From an uncultured Haloferula sp. (GTDB lineage: Bacteria; Verrucomicrobiota; Verrucomicrobiia; Verrucomicrobiales; Akkermansiaceae): 64,000 nt of DNA. The translations under genes and the position numbers were made by a program. The number at the start of each line of letters is the position of its first letter. Positions within the stretch are counted from its first letter, which is position 1. The stretch covers positions 64,001 through 128,000 of the forward strand of contig CBFGTS010000002.1 in NCBI GenBank assembly GCA_965652295.1. The letters run 5' to 3'. Shown piece after piece: positions 20,501 through 31,001 of this stretch. The notes under the pieces were generated by a model that saw only the letters and a program-made list of their open reading frames with translations, did not search any database and was not told where the DNA came from.

Positions 20501-21521
20501 CCGGATCATTCCATGGCTTCTCGCCGGCTTGCTTGTGGCGGAGGCACCCGCCGCGAGAACCTTGGAGAGCGCCTACCGCATGGGAGGGCGGGAAATGCAT
20601 GCGGCCTTCGAGGAGGTCCAGCCCTACCTCCAGTCCGGGAGTGCGGTCTTCAAGCGCGGCACCCGCGAGGTGATTTTCGGAGTGGTCGTTTCCCGGGAGG
20701 GCCACGTTTTGACCAAAGCCAGCGAACTGGGGAAGATCGATGATCTGACCGTGACCATCGGAGACAAGACCTACGAGCTGCCGGTCCTGCTGGCCGTGGA
20801 TCCGGAGTGGGACGTGGCGCTGGTCAAGGTGTCGGCGACCGGAGTGACTCCCGTGGACCTCGGACGCATCGAGGACCTCAAGCGGGGCGAGTGGTTGGTG
20901 GCGAACGGAGCGACCAGCCGACGGTTTCGTCGGGTTCAAGTCGGCATGGTGGCCGCCAACACACGCGAAGTCCGGCCGAGCGGAGGTGCCGTGCTTGGGG
21001 TGGTTTTCGAGGAGAAGGAAGGTGGGGAAGGGGATGAAGGCTTGGTGATTTCGGCAGTGAGTGAAGGCAGCGGCGCGGAAAAGGCCGGCCTGAAGGAAGG
21101 CGATCGGATCCTGGAGATCGGAGGAGAGCCGATGCACTCGCGTGAGGAGATCATCGAGTTTCTGGAAAACCAGCGGGTCGGGCAAACGATCGAGGTGACG
21201 ATCGGCCGGGACGGGGTGGAAACCACGGTGGACGTCGTACTGGCCGGGCGGACGGAGGTTTTCGGCGAAGAGGAGACGCGCAACGATCACATGAGCGGGG
21301 ACTATTCGCTGCGCCGGACCGGTTTTCCGCGGGTGCTGCAGCATGACATCATCGGCAACAGCCGCTTCATGGGCGGCCCGGTGTTCGACCTCGAAGGCCG
21401 CTGTGTCGGAATGAACATCGCGCGTTTCAGCCGTTGCGAGACCTATGCGATCCCGACGAAGGAGCTGCGCGGGATCATCGGATCACTCATGGCGCAGGCC
21501 GAGCGGAAGGCGAGCGACTGA
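20493..21521 (+). CDS. Trypsin-like/PDZ protein, probably catalytically inactive
   Basis: VLTKASEL lacks His and RFMGGP lacks Ser; internal PDZ domain; overlaps upstream protease by 8 bp. Confidence 0.8.
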   Translation: MRDRIIPWLLAGLLVAEAPAARTLESAYRMGGREMHAAFEEVQPYLQSGSAVFKRGTREVIFGVVVSREGHVLTKASELGKIDDLTVTIGDKTYELPVLLAVDPEWDVALVKVSATGVTPVDLGRIEDLKRGEWLVANGATSRRFRRVQVGMVAANTREVRPSGGAVLGVVFEEKEGGEGDEGLVISAVSEGSGAEKAGLKEGDRILEIGGEPMHSREEIIEFLENQRVGQTIEVTIGRDGVETTVDVVLAGRTEVFGEEETRNDHMSGDYSLRRTGFPRVLQHDIIGNSRFMGGPVFDLEGRCVGMNIARFSRCETYAIPTKELRGIIGSLMAQAERKASD

Positions 21522-22620
21522 GCCAGGCGTCGATGCCGCCTGCGACATTGACGGCATCGAGCCCGAGATCGCGCAGCAGCTTCACGGCATGGGCGGAGCG
21601 GCCGCCGGATTTGCAATGGACGTAGATCCGACCTCGGTGGGGGACTTCGGCGAGACGCTTTTCAAGCTCGTGGAGAGGGATCAGCCGGCTGCCAGGGATG
21701 GAGGAAACGGCGTGCTCTTCCGGCCGGCGGACGTCGATCAAAGCGATGTCCGACTCAGTGAGGAGCGAGTCGAGTTCCTCCACGCAAATCGAGGGCATGT
21801 CCGGATCCGCCACCGCGCAGGAGGTGGGAGCAAGCGTCTCGGCGTTGTGAAGGGAGGTCACCGAGGGCGATTCTCCGCAAAGACGGCAGGCCGGGTCGGC
21901 CGCGAGACGGAGCGTGCGGAATGAAGTACGAAGTGCGTCGTAGCAAAGAAGCTTGCCGAGCGGCGGCTCGCCGAGCCCGAGCAGAAGCTTGATCGCTTCC
22001 ATGGCTTGCAGGCTGCCGATGATTCCCGGAAGCACGCCGAGCACCCCGGCTTCCTCGCAGCTCGGAGCCGCGCCGGGCGGGGGAACGGAAGGAAGCATGC
22101 AACGGTAACATGGGCCGCCGAGGTGCGGCGCGAAAACCGTGACCTGACCCTCGAAGCGGAAGATCGACCCATAAACGCAGGGTTTCCGCTGCATGAAGCA
22201 GACGTCGTTGGTGAGGAAGCGGGTCGGGAAATTGTCGCAGCCGTCGAGCACGAGGTCGTAGTCGCCCACAATCTCGCCGGCATTATCCGGAGTCAGCCGG
22301 CAGGCATGGGTCTCCACCTCGATGTGCGGGTTCACTTCGGCCAACCGCGCCGCGGCGCTGGCGAGCTTACGTTTGCCCACCCACGACTCGCCATGGAGAA
22401 TCTGGCGTTGGAGGTTCGAGCGATCGACGTGGTCGTCATCGACCAAGCCGATCCGTCCGACGCCGGCGGCGGCCAGATAGAGGGCGGCCGGCGAGCCGAG
22501 TCCGCCAGTGCCGACAAGCAGAACGGACGACGCCTTCAGCCGCTTTTGTCCGTCCAGCCCGATCCCGGGCACCGAAAGGTGGCGGGCGTAGCGTTCGAGT
22601 TCGGCGGTGGTCAGGTCCAT
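21487..22620 (-). CDS. moeB: Molybdopterin-synthase adenylyltransferase MoeB/MoeZ with rhodanese domain
   Basis: RYARHL, GTGGLGS, SNLQRQ, CYRC, and rhodanese CKSGGRS. Confidence 0.92.
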   Translation of the reverse strand: MDLTTAELERYARHLSVPGIGLDGQKRLKASSVLLVGTGGLGSPAALYLAAAGVGRIGLVDDDHVDRSNLQRQILHGESWVGKRKLASAAARLAEVNPHIEVETHACRLTPDNAGEIVGDYDLVLDGCDNFPTRFLTNDVCFMQRKPCVYGSIFRFEGQVTVFAPHLGGPCYRCMLPSVPPPGAAPSCEEAGVLGVLPGIIGSLQAMEAIKLLLGLGEPPLGKLLCYDALRTSFRTLRLAADPACRLCGESPSVTSLHNAETLAPTSCAVADPDMPSICVEELDSLLTESDIALIDVRRPEEHAVSSIPGSRLIPLHELEKRLAEVPHRGRIYVHCKSGGRSAHAVKLLRDLGLDAVNVAGGIDAWLSRSPSARPAP

Positions 22621-22712
22621 GGGCGAGGGAAGCTATCCGTCGTTTCCGCCGTTTGGCAACTGCGGCGGATTCACCGCTTGACGCGGAGGCGGGCGGGTTG
22701 GAGGGAAGGGGC

Positions 22713-23294
22713 ATGGCAGAAACTCCGTCCACCTTCATGCTCCGCCCGGGCGACCCGGCACCTTCCTTCGAGCTGCCGGATCCGGCGGGCGGATTTCACC
22801 GTTTTGATTCGGTCGCCGGTCCGCGCGGCACGCTGGTGGTTTTCGCCTGCAATCACTGCCCCTACGTGATCCTTCTCGCCGACGTTCTGGGGAAACTCGC
22901 GGCGGAGTGGAAAACCAAGGGCATCGGCGTCGTCGCCATTTCCGCGAACGACGTTGCGAACTACCCGCAGGACGGGCCCGAGCACATGGCCGGCTTCGCC
23001 GAGACGCATGGGTGGAGTTTCCCCTACCTGCATGATGAGTCGCAGGAAACCGCCAAGGCCTATGGCGCGGCCTGTACGCCGGACTTTTTCCTCTTCGATG
23101 CCGACGGTCGCCTCTACTACGCCGGGCAGTTCGATGACTCGCGGCCGAAGAACGAAATCGAGCCGACCGGCAAGGACCTCGCCGCAGCGGTGAACGCGCT
23201 GCTTTCCGGAGACGAGTCGGCTCCGGCGGCCATGCCGAGCACCGGTTGCAACATCAAATGGAAGTCGGGGAACGAGCCTGTCTATTTCGGTTGA
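22713..23294 (+). CDS. Thioredoxin-family (AhpC/TSA-like) protein
   Basis: CNHCPYV, AACTPDFF and GCNIKW motifs. Confidence 0.9.
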   Translation: MAETPSTFMLRPGDPAPSFELPDPAGGFHRFDSVAGPRGTLVVFACNHCPYVILLADVLGKLAAEWKTKGIGVVAISANDVANYPQDGPEHMAGFAETHGWSFPYLHDESQETAKAYGAACTPDFFLFDADGRLYYAGQFDDSRPKNEIEPTGKDLAAAVNALLSGDESAPAAMPSTGCNIKWKSGNEPVYFG

Positions 23295-23366
23295 AATCAA
23301 GCGGTGGCGGGAATCGATGGCCTCGATGGTTGCGCCCGCCGTCCCGCAGGAGCTAGCATGATTCCA

Positions 23367-24410
23367 ATGGACGCCATCATCAACCAACTCGAAGCAGGGG
23401 ACGAACTGGGCCCGCGTCAGATCGAAGTCGCGGCCAACCTGCTCCTCGACGGTTCGGCGGATGAAGCGAAGAAACTGCGGTTGCTCCAAGCTCTTTCCGC
23501 CAAAGGCGAAACGCCTGCGGAGATCGCCGGTTTCGTGGAAGCTTTCCTGGAGCACGCGGTGAATCCCCACGTCGGGCTGGCGGATATCGAGGGCCCCACG
23601 ATCGACGTCTGCGGCACCGGCGGCGACAAGCTGAACCTCTTCAACGTCTCCACCACGGCGATGTTCGTCGTGGCCGCGGCCGGGGCGGTGGTGGTGAAGC
23701 ATGGCAACCGCGGCATCACCTCGAAGAGCGGTGGCGCCGACGTTCTGGAAGCATTGGGAGTCAAGATCGACCTGCCCGCCGACGGCTTCCGCAGATGTTT
23801 GGAAGAGGCGGGCGTCGGCTTTCTTTTCGCACCGTCATATCATCCCGCCTTCAAGGCCGTCGCGGGTGTTCGCAAAACCCTCGCCGAACAGGGGGTGAGA
23901 ACGATTTTTAATCTGATCGGACCACTCCTCAACCCGGCCAGGCCGCAGTGCCAGCTGGTCGGCGTATTCGATCGGGCTCTCTGCCCCGCCTTCGCGGAGA
24001 TCCTCCAGAGGCTCGGACGCGAAAGCGCATGGGTCGTCCACGGAACCACCAGTGATGGACGCTCGGTCGATGAAGTCAGCCTGCTGGGCTCCACCCGCAT
24101 CTGCAAGGCGGGCACCATGCAGGACCTTCTGGACGAGGAAATCCGACCGCGCGATCTCGGCATGGCGCACGCGGAGCTGAAAGACCTGCAGGGAGGCGAC
24201 GCGACGGTCAACGCTGCCATCCTCGAATCAATCCTCGCCGGCAAGGACACCGGCCCGAAGGCCGAAATGGTGGTGCTCAACGCAGGGGTTGCGATTGCCT
24301 GCTGCGGCTTGGCCGATGACATAGGCGGCGGCATCGAGCTGGCGCGCACTGTGATCGATGATGGCAGCGCGCTCGACCGGCTGCGACGGCTCCAGGCAGC
24401 GGCGCGGTGA
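23367..24410 (+). CDS. trpD: Anthranilate phosphoribosyltransferase
   Basis: DVCGTGGD, FNVST, KHGNRGITSKSGGAD and RTIFNLIGPL motifs. Confidence 0.96.
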   Translation: MDAIINQLEAGDELGPRQIEVAANLLLDGSADEAKKLRLLQALSAKGETPAEIAGFVEAFLEHAVNPHVGLADIEGPTIDVCGTGGDKLNLFNVSTTAMFVVAAAGAVVVKHGNRGITSKSGGADVLEALGVKIDLPADGFRRCLEEAGVGFLFAPSYHPAFKAVAGVRKTLAEQGVRTIFNLIGPLLNPARPQCQLVGVFDRALCPAFAEILQRLGRESAWVVHGTTSDGRSVDEVSLLGSTRICKAGTMQDLLDEEIRPRDLGMAHAELKDLQGGDATVNAAILESILAGKDTGPKAEMVVLNAGVAIACCGLADDIGGGIELARTVIDDGSALDRLRRLQAAAR

Positions 24411-24411
24411 T

Positions 24412-25683
24412 TCAGTTCACCGTGGGGGTGATCGTGAACGCGCCTGTGGTCGCGCGGAAGGCGTCGCGCATCTTCATCTTCTTGCGCTCGTGACCCGCAC
24501 CCCAGGAGTCGGTGAAAATGATTTTCCCCTCCTTCTGGTTGTAGCCGATGATCATCCGCATGTGGCCACCCCGAAGCTGCGGGGCGATCGCCGGTTCCTC
24601 AGGATAGCGACCGAGTTCCAGTGACCAGAGGATGGGAATTCCGGCATCGATATGACGGATGAGCTGGCGTTCGAAGTCACCTTCATCGAATTCCGAGCCC
24701 GCTTCGAATCGGTCGCCCGAGCGGATCTTCACGCTGTACAGCCGACCGCTGGTGAAACGGGCACCGAGGACGTCGAAGCGCGTCTTGAAGCGATAGTCGA
24801 TCTTGCCGAGCAGGCCCATGATCGCGATGGACGAGGTGCCCTGTTCGGCGTCGGATTCGGCCATTTCCGCGAGCTGGTGCTGATCGCAGGGAATCCCGTA
24901 GTGCTCGAAAAGACGCTGCACGGAGGCGACCACGCAATAGCCCTTGGGTCCCTGATCGACCATGGGGATGTCCTTGATCCAAACATCGCCGCCTTGGCGG
25001 GTCACGAAATCGGAGAGATCCGACTTGCGGACGCGGCTGCCGTTTCCGGAGCGGACCGAGTTGGCGATCGGGCCGGTGGCGCGTGTGGGTGCCACCCGTA
25101 GACGTAGGAACTCCAGTGTGCCCTGATCCGCCTCCGGATTGCGTTCGAGTACGGCCATGCTTTGGCGGTCGCTCCAGCTCCAGCCCTCGGTCAGCAGCCC
25201 TTGGCGGGCATCCGGCTCGCGGGCCATCGGCCGACCTTCGATCAGCGAGCCCATGTGTTGACCGGTGCTGATGAAGCGGTCTTCGAACTCCGAAGCGGTG
25301 ACGTCCTTGCTATCGGCCCGGTTGTAAATGCTGATGCTGACCCCGCTGATCGCGCCATCGGCGAAATCCACGGTGACTTCCTCACACGCCACCTTGCCAT
25401 CGAAGAGGTCGAACACGACGGGGGTTTCGCCGAAGGCGGGCTTCATGAACACCGCGCGATCCCGGTTCTTCGTCAGCCAGGCGAAACAGAAAGGATTGCC
25501 GTTTTTGTCGCCACTCTTCGCTCCGGGACGGGCGAAGGTTTTTTCAAACTGATCCTGATTGATCGAGAACGCGGCGGGAATTTCCAGCAGGGGGTCGAAG
25601 TGAACCCGGACACCGCTATCATCCGATTCGACTTGGGAAAAACCGAGTGTGGTTCCGAGGGTGAGGACGAGCAGGCATCGCAT
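24412..25683 (-). CDS. Exported C39-like (papain-fold) peptidase domain protein
   Basis: Signal peptide; VDQGPKGYCVVAS (Cys), GGHMRMIIGYN (His), DSWG. Confidence 0.7.
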   Translation of the reverse strand: MRCLLVLTLGTTLGFSQVESDDSGVRVHFDPLLEIPAAFSINQDQFEKTFARPGAKSGDKNGNPFCFAWLTKNRDRAVFMKPAFGETPVVFDLFDGKVACEEVTVDFADGAISGVSISIYNRADSKDVTASEFEDRFISTGQHMGSLIEGRPMAREPDARQGLLTEGWSWSDRQSMAVLERNPEADQGTLEFLRLRVAPTRATGPIANSVRSGNGSRVRKSDLSDFVTRQGGDVWIKDIPMVDQGPKGYCVVASVQRLFEHYGIPCDQHQLAEMAESDAEQGTSSIAIMGLLGKIDYRFKTRFDVLGARFTSGRLYSVKIRSGDRFEAGSEFDEGDFERQLIRHIDAGIPILWSLELGRYPEEPAIAPQLRGGHMRMIIGYNQKEGKIIFTDSWGAGHERKKMKMRDAFRATTGAFTITPTVN

Positions 25684-25751
25684 GACGGCACGAGCTTGGC
25701 ACGATCGCGTCCGGTCTCCAAGGATCGATCACCTTGGGGATTTTCGCGGAA

Positions 25752-27323
25752 TCAGCCCAGAAGCCAGAGGAGCGGCTTCGGGAAAACCCCGAAAACCAGG
25801 ATGGCGACGCCGAGCGTGATCACGACCGTGCGGCTGATGACCGGCAGTGCGATGGCAGCGGATTTCTCCGGAGCGTCCACCCACCAGATCGCGCGGATGA
25901 GCTTGAAATAGTAATAGAAACCGGCCGCGGCGCCGATCGTGGCGGCGGCGACGCACCACCAGAGCCCCTGATTCACGGCGAGGGAGAAGACGAAGAACTT
26001 GCCCCAGAAGCCAACGGTGAGCGGCACGCCCGCCATGGCGGCCATGATGATCGTCAGCGTGTGCGCGAGCAGCGGTGAACGCTGGCCGAGACCATTGAAG
26101 GCGTCGATTTCCTCGGATCCGCTCTGAATCCGAACCTGCGCGAGGATGAAGAACGCCGCCAGCGTCATGATGAGGTAAGTGGCGAGGTAGAAACCGACCG
26201 TTTTGATCGAACCGGGATCGGTCGCGGATTCGCCGCCCCAAGCGGCGAGCGCGAGGACCAGGAAGCCGGCATGGGCGATCGATGAATAGGCCAGCAGGCG
26301 CTTGAAATTCGATTGGGCGATGGCGGCAAGATTGCCGACCAGCAAGGTGGCGCCCGCAATGAGGGCGAGCATCAGAAGAACCTGGGCGGCGACCGGTGAG
26401 CCGGGTTGCAGGAAGGGTTCGAGGAAACGGATGAGCAGCACGAAGCCGGCGGCCTTCGAGCCAACGGAAAGGAAGGCGGTGGTGGGGGTTGGCGCGCCTT
26501 GGTAGACGTCGGGGATCCAGACCTGCATCGGCACGGCGCCGATCTTGAAGGCGAGGGCGACGAGAACGAGTCCGATGCCCAGAAGGAGGGCGGGGCTCGC
26601 GGTGGTCATGCCGACAAGGGTTTCCCGGGTTTCTGGCGTGGTTGAGGTGATCGCGGCAGGGGTGCCAATGGCTCCCTCAATCGGGGCGAGCTGGGCGTTG
26701 TCCACCAGTGCGCGGCCGATTTCATTGAGATTCATCGTGCCTGTGGCTCCGTAGATCCAGGCGATGCCGTAAACGAGGAAGCCGGTGCTGAGCGCGCCGA
26801 GGATGAGGTATTTCACGCCGGCCTCAAGCGAACCGGAGTTGCGGCGGAGATAGGCGACCAGAACATAGAAAGTGACGGTGACCAGTTCAAGGGCGACGAA
26901 CGCTCCGGCGAGGTCCTTGGCGGACGCCATCCACATCATGCCGGCACAGGCGAAGACGGGCAGGACGTAGTATTCCCCGGTGGCCGCTTCACTTTCCGGA
27001 TGGTCGGTGAAACGAGCGAGGATCGAGCGGTAATCGAGCGCGAGCAGGACGACCAGCGCAGTGGTGACGAGCGCGAAACCCTTGTAAAAGCGGGCGGTGG
27101 CGTCGAATTCATAGAGATTCCAGAGCTGCCAGGTATCCCAGGTGGCATCGGGCGAAGCCTTGTCGGGACCGATGGCGAACAGGTTGAGGATGAAGATGAA
27201 TCCCAGTCCAAATACGGCAAAGATGCCGATGTGGCGCTTGGTGTGCGCGGGGCCGAACGCTTCGAGCATCAGGAGCACGATACCGAGCGTGACGGTGAGG
27301 GCTTCGAGGTAGTAGGCGGGCAT
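25752..27323 (-). CDS. nuoN: NADH-quinone oxidoreductase subunit N
   Basis: EAGVKYLILGA, FKIGAVP…WIPDVYQGAP and KRLLAYSSIAH motifs. Confidence 0.95.
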   Translation of the reverse strand: MPAYYLEALTVTLGIVLLMLEAFGPAHTKRHIGIFAVFGLGFIFILNLFAIGPDKASPDATWDTWQLWNLYEFDATARFYKGFALVTTALVVLLALDYRSILARFTDHPESEAATGEYYVLPVFACAGMMWMASAKDLAGAFVALELVTVTFYVLVAYLRRNSGSLEAGVKYLILGALSTGFLVYGIAWIYGATGTMNLNEIGRALVDNAQLAPIEGAIGTPAAITSTTPETRETLVGMTTASPALLLGIGLVLVALAFKIGAVPMQVWIPDVYQGAPTPTTAFLSVGSKAAGFVLLIRFLEPFLQPGSPVAAQVLLMLALIAGATLLVGNLAAIAQSNFKRLLAYSSIAHAGFLVLALAAWGGESATDPGSIKTVGFYLATYLIMTLAAFFILAQVRIQSGSEEIDAFNGLGQRSPLLAHTLTIIMAAMAGVPLTVGFWGKFFVFSLAVNQGLWWCVAAATIGAAAGFYYYFKLIRAIWWVDAPEKSAAIALPVISRTVVITLGVAILVFGVFPKPLLWLLG

Positions 27324-27354
27324 GGGAAAATAAGTCTTACTGGTCCTATGGGTC

Positions 27355-28788
27355 CTATTTCAGGAGGCTCAGAAGCAGATTGGGGAAAATACCGACGGCG
27401 AGCAGCACGGCGGCGAGTAGCAGAGCGGGCGCGCGCTCGGCGAGCGTGAGGTCGCTGGCTCCTTCGGTGGTCGACCGGGTGGGCCCTTGGAAGGTGTTGC
27501 GGAAGGCGCGGAGGCCGTAAACGGCGCTGATGACCACGCCCCAGATGGCCAGGATGCAGGTGATCTGTACCGGACCGAGCCCGACGGCCGCGTCATAGTT
27601 GCGGAAGGAGGAAATGAAGACCATGACCTCGCCAGCGAAGTTGGCGAGGCCGGGCAGGCCGATGCTGGCCATGGTGACCAGCCCGAAGAGGAACGCGAGG
27701 CCGGGAGCCGGCTTGGCGAGACCGCCGAGGTCGGCGAGGTCGAGCGAACCGGTGCGGCGCTCGATGCGGTCGGCGAGGCCGAAGCTCATGGCGATCGAGA
27801 TGCCGTGCGCGAACATCAGGAGCACGGCCGCGGGCAGGGCGAGATCATTTTCCGGCGAAGCCGCGAGTGCTGCGATGGCCAGGAAGATGTAGCCCATGTG
27901 CATCACCGAGGAGTTGCCAAGCAGGGTGTCGAGGCGCTTCTGGTTGATGGTCACGAAGCCGACCCAGAGGATGTTGCCGAGGAGCAGCACGCAGAGCGGG
28001 GTGAGCCAGGCGTTCATGCCCTCGGGCACCAGCGGGATGGCGAGGCGCAGGAGACCGTAGAGGCCGAACTTTTTCAGCACGCCGGCGTGGAGCATGGCGG
28101 TGGGTGCCGGGGCGCTGGCGTAGGCGGGCGCGGCCCAGGAGTGGAAAGGGAAGAGCGAGACGAGGACGCCGAAGCCGACGATCAGCAGAGCGGCGATGCC
28201 CTTCTGTGCGGCGGGATCGACAGGGCCGTTTTCGAGCATCTGGGGAATACTGAAAGTGCCGGCGAGATTGGCGAGCCAGAGGAGACCGGCGAGCAGGACG
28301 AGGGATCCGAAGCCGAGATAGACGGTGATTTTCCAGGCGATCGTCCGGCGGTCGCCGCGACCCATCATGCCAATCATGAGGAAGGTCGGGATCAGGGCGA
28401 GCTCGTGAAAAGCGTAGAAGAAGAACAGGTCGGTGGCGACGAATGCTCCGATCGCGCCGGCAGCGATGAGCAGCGATGAAACGTAGTAGAGCTTTTCACG
28501 CCCCTCAGGGGCCTTGCCGGAAAGCACGGCGGCCATCGTCACGATAACCGCGAGCAGCAGCATCACGACGCTCATGCCGTCATCGTAGAGGCCGAGCGAA
28601 AGGTGGATCGCCGGGGTTTCGACGACCGCCAGCGAAAAGTTCCAGAATCCGGCATCGGCCGTGAACGCGGCGGCGATGCCGAGGGCGAGGTTGATGCCGG
28701 CGGCGGTGAGGGCGGCGAGCCGGGGCTGCGTGCCGCCAAGGATCGCGAAGGCCGCGAGGATCGGGATGAGGACGAGGGCGAGAAGCAT
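27355..28788 (-). CDS. nuoM: NADH-quinone oxidoreductase subunit M
   Basis: FFFYAFHELALIP, FPFHSWA and SSVMHMG motifs; operon position. Confidence 0.93.
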   Translation of the reverse strand: MLLALVLIPILAAFAILGGTQPRLAALTAAGINLALGIAAAFTADAGFWNFSLAVVETPAIHLSLGLYDDGMSVVMLLLAVIVTMAAVLSGKAPEGREKLYYVSSLLIAAGAIGAFVATDLFFFYAFHELALIPTFLMIGMMGRGDRRTIAWKITVYLGFGSLVLLAGLLWLANLAGTFSIPQMLENGPVDPAAQKGIAALLIVGFGVLVSLFPFHSWAAPAYASAPAPTAMLHAGVLKKFGLYGLLRLAIPLVPEGMNAWLTPLCVLLLGNILWVGFVTINQKRLDTLLGNSSVMHMGYIFLAIAALAASPENDLALPAAVLLMFAHGISIAMSFGLADRIERRTGSLDLADLGGLAKPAPGLAFLFGLVTMASIGLPGLANFAGEVMVFISSFRNYDAAVGLGPVQITCILAIWGVVISAVYGLRAFRNTFQGPTRSTTEGASDLTLAERAPALLLAAVLLAVGIFPNLLLSLLK

Positions 28789-28803
28789 GGGAAAACCGGG
28801 CGC

Positions 28804-30630
28804 TTAGTTCCAGAAAGCGGTGAAATAAATGACGAGCACCACACCGATTCCGAGCAGGAAGGCGTAGCCTTGGAGGTTGCCGCCCTGGGCGCGGCGGAAC
28901 AGGTTGCCGAACGATTGCGAGAGGCGGGTGGAGCCACCAACCAGCAGGCCGCTGATCACCCATTCGTCGAAAAAGTGGACCACGGCGGCGAGTCCGTCCT
29001 GCAGCACGCGGACGATGCCTTTCTCGTAGAAGGCGTCGATGTAGAAGCGGTTCTTGAGCAAAGGAAGGCTGATCGGGTCCCTGTCCTTTCCGGAGTAGAG
29101 GATGAAGCCGAGGACGAGACCCGCGACGAGGGCGGCGATCGAGGCTCCGAGGATGATCATGTGGCCCTCGGCGTGCTCGCCGTGATGGAGTGCGCGGGGA
29201 TCGATGGCGTTGAGCGGTCCGGTCAGCCAAGCCGAACCGAGGGCCATGGCGGCGAGGACCACCAGCGGGACCCACATCAGCAGACCCACCTCCTTGGCGT
29301 GATCGGCTCCGTGCTCCCGCGGTTTTCCAAGGAAGGCGACCACGAAGGCGCGGGTCATGTAGAAGGTGGTGAGGAAGGCGACGAAAACCGCGATGCCGAA
29401 CAGGATCTTGTTGTTCTGATAGGCGGCGGCGAGGATCTCCTCCTTGGAGTAGAAGCCGGAGGTCACGAAGGGCACGGCGATGAGCGCCGCGGTGCCGATG
29501 GCGAAGGTGATGCCGGTGATGGGCATCTTCTTCAGCAGGCCGCCCATTTTCCAAATGTCCTGCTCGTGGTGGCAGGCGTAGATGACCGCACCGGAGCCGA
29601 GGAAAAGGAGCGCCTTGAACCAGGCGTGAGTGAAGAGGTGAAACATTCCGGCGTCGCCGCCACCAAGGCCCACGGCCATGACCATGTAACCGAGCTGCGA
29701 GAGGGTGGAGTAAGCCAACACGCGCTTTATGTCGTTCTGCTGCGTGGCCATCAGCGCGGCGCAAAGCGAGGTGAAGCCGCCGACCCAGGCGATGGTGGTC
29801 CCGGCGATGCCGGCGAAGGCTTCGGGGCCGAGCTCCACCTGCACGCGGAAGAGCATGTAAACGCCGGCGGCGACCATGGTTGCGGCGTGGATAAGCGCGG
29901 AGACCGGCGTCGGGCCTTCCATCGCGTCGGGCAGCCAGACGTGGAGCGGCATTTGGGCGGACTTCCCGACCGCGCCGCAGAAGACACAGAGGACCGCGGT
30001 GGCGACCAGGCCGCCGACGGTGCCGGGATGGGCGGCGGCAAAGGTCGCGAGGCCGGACTCCATTTCGTCGAAGACAAAAGTGCCGGTGAGCCCGAAGATC
30101 AGCAGGATGCCGACAATGAAGCCGAAGTCACCGATGCGGTTCACCATGAAGGCTTTGTTGGCGGCGTCAGCGGCGGAGTCCTTCTGATACCAGTGACCGA
30201 TCAGGAGGTAGGAGGAAAGACCGACCAGCTCCCAAAAAATGAAGGTCATGATGAAATTTCCGGCGAGGACGATGCCGGTCATCGAGAACATGAAGAGCGA
30301 AAGGCCGGTGAAATAACGGGCCTTGGCGGCGTCGTCGGCCATGTAGGCCAGGGAGAAGATGTGGACCAGAGTGCCGATACCGGTGACCACGATCATCATG
30401 CCGGTGGAAAGCGGATCGAGCTTCAGGTGGATCGGCAGGGAGAAGTCGCCGATGTTGATCCAGTTGAAAGCGGCCGTGGTTTCGTCCTTTTCGAGAAGGA
30501 GGAAGGAAATGATCAGCGTCGCGGCCACCGATGCCACGGAAAGCATCGAAGCCAGGAAGGCGTTTCGCTTCAGGTAAAGCTGGTTCACCGCTGCGGCGCA
30601 GAGGGGAAGGAGAAGGAGAAGCCAGGGCAT
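28804..30630 (-). CDS. nuoL: NADH-quinone oxidoreductase subunit L
   Basis: GKSAQMPLHVWLPDAMEGPTPVSALIHAATMV motif. Confidence 0.96.
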   Translation of the reverse strand: MPWLLLLLPLCAAAVNQLYLKRNAFLASMLSVASVAATLIISFLLLEKDETTAAFNWINIGDFSLPIHLKLDPLSTGMMIVVTGIGTLVHIFSLAYMADDAAKARYFTGLSLFMFSMTGIVLAGNFIMTFIFWELVGLSSYLLIGHWYQKDSAADAANKAFMVNRIGDFGFIVGILLIFGLTGTFVFDEMESGLATFAAAHPGTVGGLVATAVLCVFCGAVGKSAQMPLHVWLPDAMEGPTPVSALIHAATMVAAGVYMLFRVQVELGPEAFAGIAGTTIAWVGGFTSLCAALMATQQNDIKRVLAYSTLSQLGYMVMAVGLGGGDAGMFHLFTHAWFKALLFLGSGAVIYACHHEQDIWKMGGLLKKMPITGITFAIGTAALIAVPFVTSGFYSKEEILAAAYQNNKILFGIAVFVAFLTTFYMTRAFVVAFLGKPREHGADHAKEVGLLMWVPLVVLAAMALGSAWLTGPLNAIDPRALHHGEHAEGHMIILGASIAALVAGLVLGFILYSGKDRDPISLPLLKNRFYIDAFYEKGIVRVLQDGLAAVVHFFDEWVISGLLVGGSTRLSQSFGNLFRRAQGGNLQGYAFLLGIGVVLVIYFTAFWN

Positions 30631-30680
30631 GGAAGACGGATGTTAGGTCGGAAATGGAGAGATCTCTTCGAGGGCGAGAT

Positions 30681-30998
30681 TCAGTCCCTGAGGGTCGTCA
30701 GATCGTCGGTGTGGATCGTCTGCCGGGCGCGATAGAGGGCGACGATGATGGCGAGGCCGACGGCCACCTCGGCGGCGGCGACGGTGATGACGAAGAACAC
30801 GAGCATTTGGCCGTGGTAGTCAGGGAGGCCGTTGGACCCGTTGAAACGCGAGAAGGCAACCAGCGTCAGGTTCGCGGCGCTGAGCATCAGCTCAAGGCAC
30901 ATGAAGACGACGATGATGTTTCGGCGGAGCACCACTCCGGCCAGGCCGATGGCGAAAAGGAGGCCGGAGACGAGAAGATAGGAATGCAGACTGGCCAT
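30681..30998 (-). CDS. nuoK: NADH-quinone oxidoreductase subunit K
   Basis: [15 protein letters not shown] and [10 protein letters not shown] motifs. Confidence 0.96.
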   Translation of the reverse strand: MASLHSYLLVSGLLFAIGLAGVVLRRNIIVVFMCLELMLSAANLTLVAFSRFNGSNGLPDYHGQMLVFFVITVAAAEVAVGLAIIVALYRARQTIHTDDLTTLRD

Positions 30999-31001
30999 GG
31001 C

